Positions 61,840 to 64,000 of a DNA stretch of 64,000 bases are shown piece by piece. The stretch lies in assembly GCF_006345805.1 (NCBI RefSeq), contig NC_043001.1, positions 89,156,001 to 89,220,000 on the forward strand, in the 5' to 3' direction. The stretch's first letter is position 1. Each line of letters opens with the position of its first letter. The translations under genes were made by a program, and so were the position numbers. The stretch is from Octopus sinensis. Taxonomy: Eukaryota. The notes below the pieces were generated by a model. It was not told the DNA's origin and searched no databases. It worked only from the letters and a program-made list of their open reading frames with translations.

Positions 61840-62853
61840 ATGGAAAGTGCAAGGAATATTAATACAGTATATGAGGATCAGACAATAAGCATAAGCCAGT
61901 GTCAACAGTAGTTCCAGAAATTCTGAGCCAGAAACTACAGCCTAGAAAACGAGCCTTGTCCGGGAATATCTGTAGACATCTTGCAAACCCTGGTGGAACA
62001 AAATCTCATCGTAACTCTTGAGAAACTAGCAGAGAAGCTTGGATTTGGTCATTCAACCATTCATCGACACCAGCATGCCATCAGAAAAGTTATTAGATAG
62101 GGTTAATGAGTTCCTCACAATCTTTTTAAGAGAGTGAATGTCTGCTCTTCTTTGCTGTCACGTCTCATAAATGGAACCTTTTTGAACCGAATAGTGACTG
62201 CTGAGGAGAAATGGGTTCTCTATAAAAATGTCAAGCACTGAAGACAGTGGGTAAGGAAAGGAGAAATATCGGTACCCCTGGCTAAAGAACACCTTCACCC
62301 ATGTAAGGTGCTGTTATCTGTTTGGTGGGATGTGAACAGTTTAGTCCACTTTGAACTTTTAAACCCAAGCCAAATGATAACAAAGGAGATGTGCTGTGAG
62401 CAGCTTGAGTGGCTTAAGTCAGCACTTGCAAAAAAAAAAGACCATTTTGGTTTCAAGGCAAAAGGTTTTCTTCCATCAGGATAATGCTCAGCCACATACA
62501 GCGAGGATGACATTCCAAAGGCTGGAGCAGTTTGAATGGGAAACAATGCCCCACCCACCATATTCGCTAGACATTGCCTCATCTGATTATCATTTATTCC
62601 GTAGTCTTCAAAATCATTTGGACAGAAACAATATGAATTCTGTAGACGTGGTCAGAACAGTACTGGAGGAGTAGTTTTCGTCACGGACAAGCTGAATTTT
62701 GGAAGAAGGGCCTTGTAGTCTACCAGATAGATGTAAGAACATTGTCGAAAATGAAGGAGAGTGTATTTTAGATTAAAAAAGAACTTTGTTAATCTTAATT
62801 TTGAAGAACAAAAGAAGTATAAGAAAACCGCATTATTTATGGGATAACCCAAT
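61840..62853 (+). mobile_element. Mariner (DD34D-type) transposase pseudogene with 3' TIR
   Basis: 'IVTAEEKWVLY', 'KVLLSVWWD', 'HQDNAQPH', 'HPPYSLDIASSDYHLFRSLQNHL'; TIR 'ccgcattatttatgggataacccaata'. Confidence 0.92.
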
Positions 62854-63507
62854 ATACATATATATATACCTCATAGTCTGTTTGTTTCCCACGGCTACCA
62901 TTCAATGATTAAAACAAGAAACACGTTCAAGATAGAGATAAAAGATATCTCTATGTATATATATATACATACACATATATATATATATAGATATATATAT
63001 ATATATATATATAAATATATCTATACATACAATTATGCATACATACATGTGTATGTATGTACACATGTACATTCATATGTACATAGGTAACATAGGTATG
63101 ATATGTATGTATAAAATGGTTCAATTAACTGCTATGTCTTTCAATGTAATATGATGTTAAAATGAAACGAATTATTTCATGTTCACTTGAGAGTTTATAA
63201 ATTTTTGTCATCCGCATAATTATATACACAAATTTGAGACTGAAAAGAGAAATGATCCCATTGACGTCAGAATCTTGAGATCTGACCTCACTGTACCTTT
63301 CCACATTTTCTTTATTATTCTTCTGCCCCAGATATCCTCTACCAATATCAAACGCCACCTCTTTTCCCAATAGTCATTGTTTATTCACACCATACATCTG
63401 TACAAATACGATATTTAAATAAAATATTGTTGCAGATATAATGGGTGTGTGAAAGTTTATTCCAAAAGACACTAAATCTCAGTGAATATTCTGCAAATTC
63501 TCTTCCT

Positions 63508-63775
63508 GTAACCCTTTTGACACCATCCTACACCTGATTCTGCAATAGAAACTTCCTACCTGTTTTAAAGTGATTCTAATTAAAACCTTCTATCAAAATT
63601 TCATGTTTTTTTTTTTCTTTAGGTCCTAAATACCAGCTTAATAATGAAAAAAGTTAATTTTGTAATTTCTTCCAGCATGGCCACAGCTTTTGGGTTGAAA
63701 CACATAAAAGAATTATTTTGAAAATTATTTGAAGCAAAGTCTGTATATTTCAACAGAAATATTGCAACAAAAAGG
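63508..63775 (-). mobile_element. piggyBac-type MITE relative
   Basis: Begins 'taacccttttgacacc'; body resembles the reverse complement of 18-157. Confidence 0.45.
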
Positions 63776-64000
63776 TGCCGGTACCACTTAAAAAGCGCCC
63801 ATGCTGTTGCTGTCTTAACATATCCATGCTGGTGCTGCATAAACGTACCCATGCCAGTGGCATGTAAAAAGCACCCAGCACACTCTGTCATTAGGAAGTG
63901 CATACAGCCATAGAAACCATGCTACATTTTGCCTGTTAGCACGCCAGGCGAAATGCTTAGCAGTATTTCATCAGCCACTGTGTTCTGAATTCAAATTCCG
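63775..64000 (+). mobile_element. Family C fragment followed by a family A SINE head (runs off window)
   Basis: 'gtggcatgtaaaaagcaccc' and 'gttagcacgccaggcgaaatgcttagc..gaattcaaattccg'. Confidence 0.75.

Noticed and set aside
63125-63370. 81-aa minus-strand ORF with ordinary composition
   Set aside because: No recognisable domain, no splice signals, and antisense to the inferred host intron.

Overview
AT-rich animal genomic DNA that is almost all repeats. The SINE families and microsatellite load resemble an octopus (coleoid cephalopod) genome; this is an inference from recalled repeat sequences, not a database match. Only one host coding exon is recognisable: the start-codon exon of an anoctamin-10 (ANO10/TMEM16K)-like gene at 40562-40744 (+). 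Its next exon was not found, so 40745-64000 is probably one large intron. The rest is decayed mobile DNA: many tRNA-derived SINEs, at least three RTE-clade LINE families (one near full length at about 53615-57755, minus strand), four mariner copies, a Tc1-like fragment, a pogo/Tigger fragment, a Gypsy integrase with a probable LTR, piggyBac-type MITEs, a Helitron fragment and a Penelope GIY-YIG fragment. The most interesting signals are: (i) decayed minimal type-I hammerhead ribozymes with a palindromic stem III, two of them in tandem units; (ii) five mutually unrelated, TA-flanked long fold-back palindromes, three of which bracket the ANO10 exon; (iii) three short local copy-paste duplications, one ending in a snap-back hairpin; (iv) elements that appear to insert specifically into (CATA)n, (TAA)n or (TA)n microsatellites. 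Most ORFs in the supplied track are artefacts of repeats. Repeat coordinates are approximate unless a TSD or TIR is quoted.
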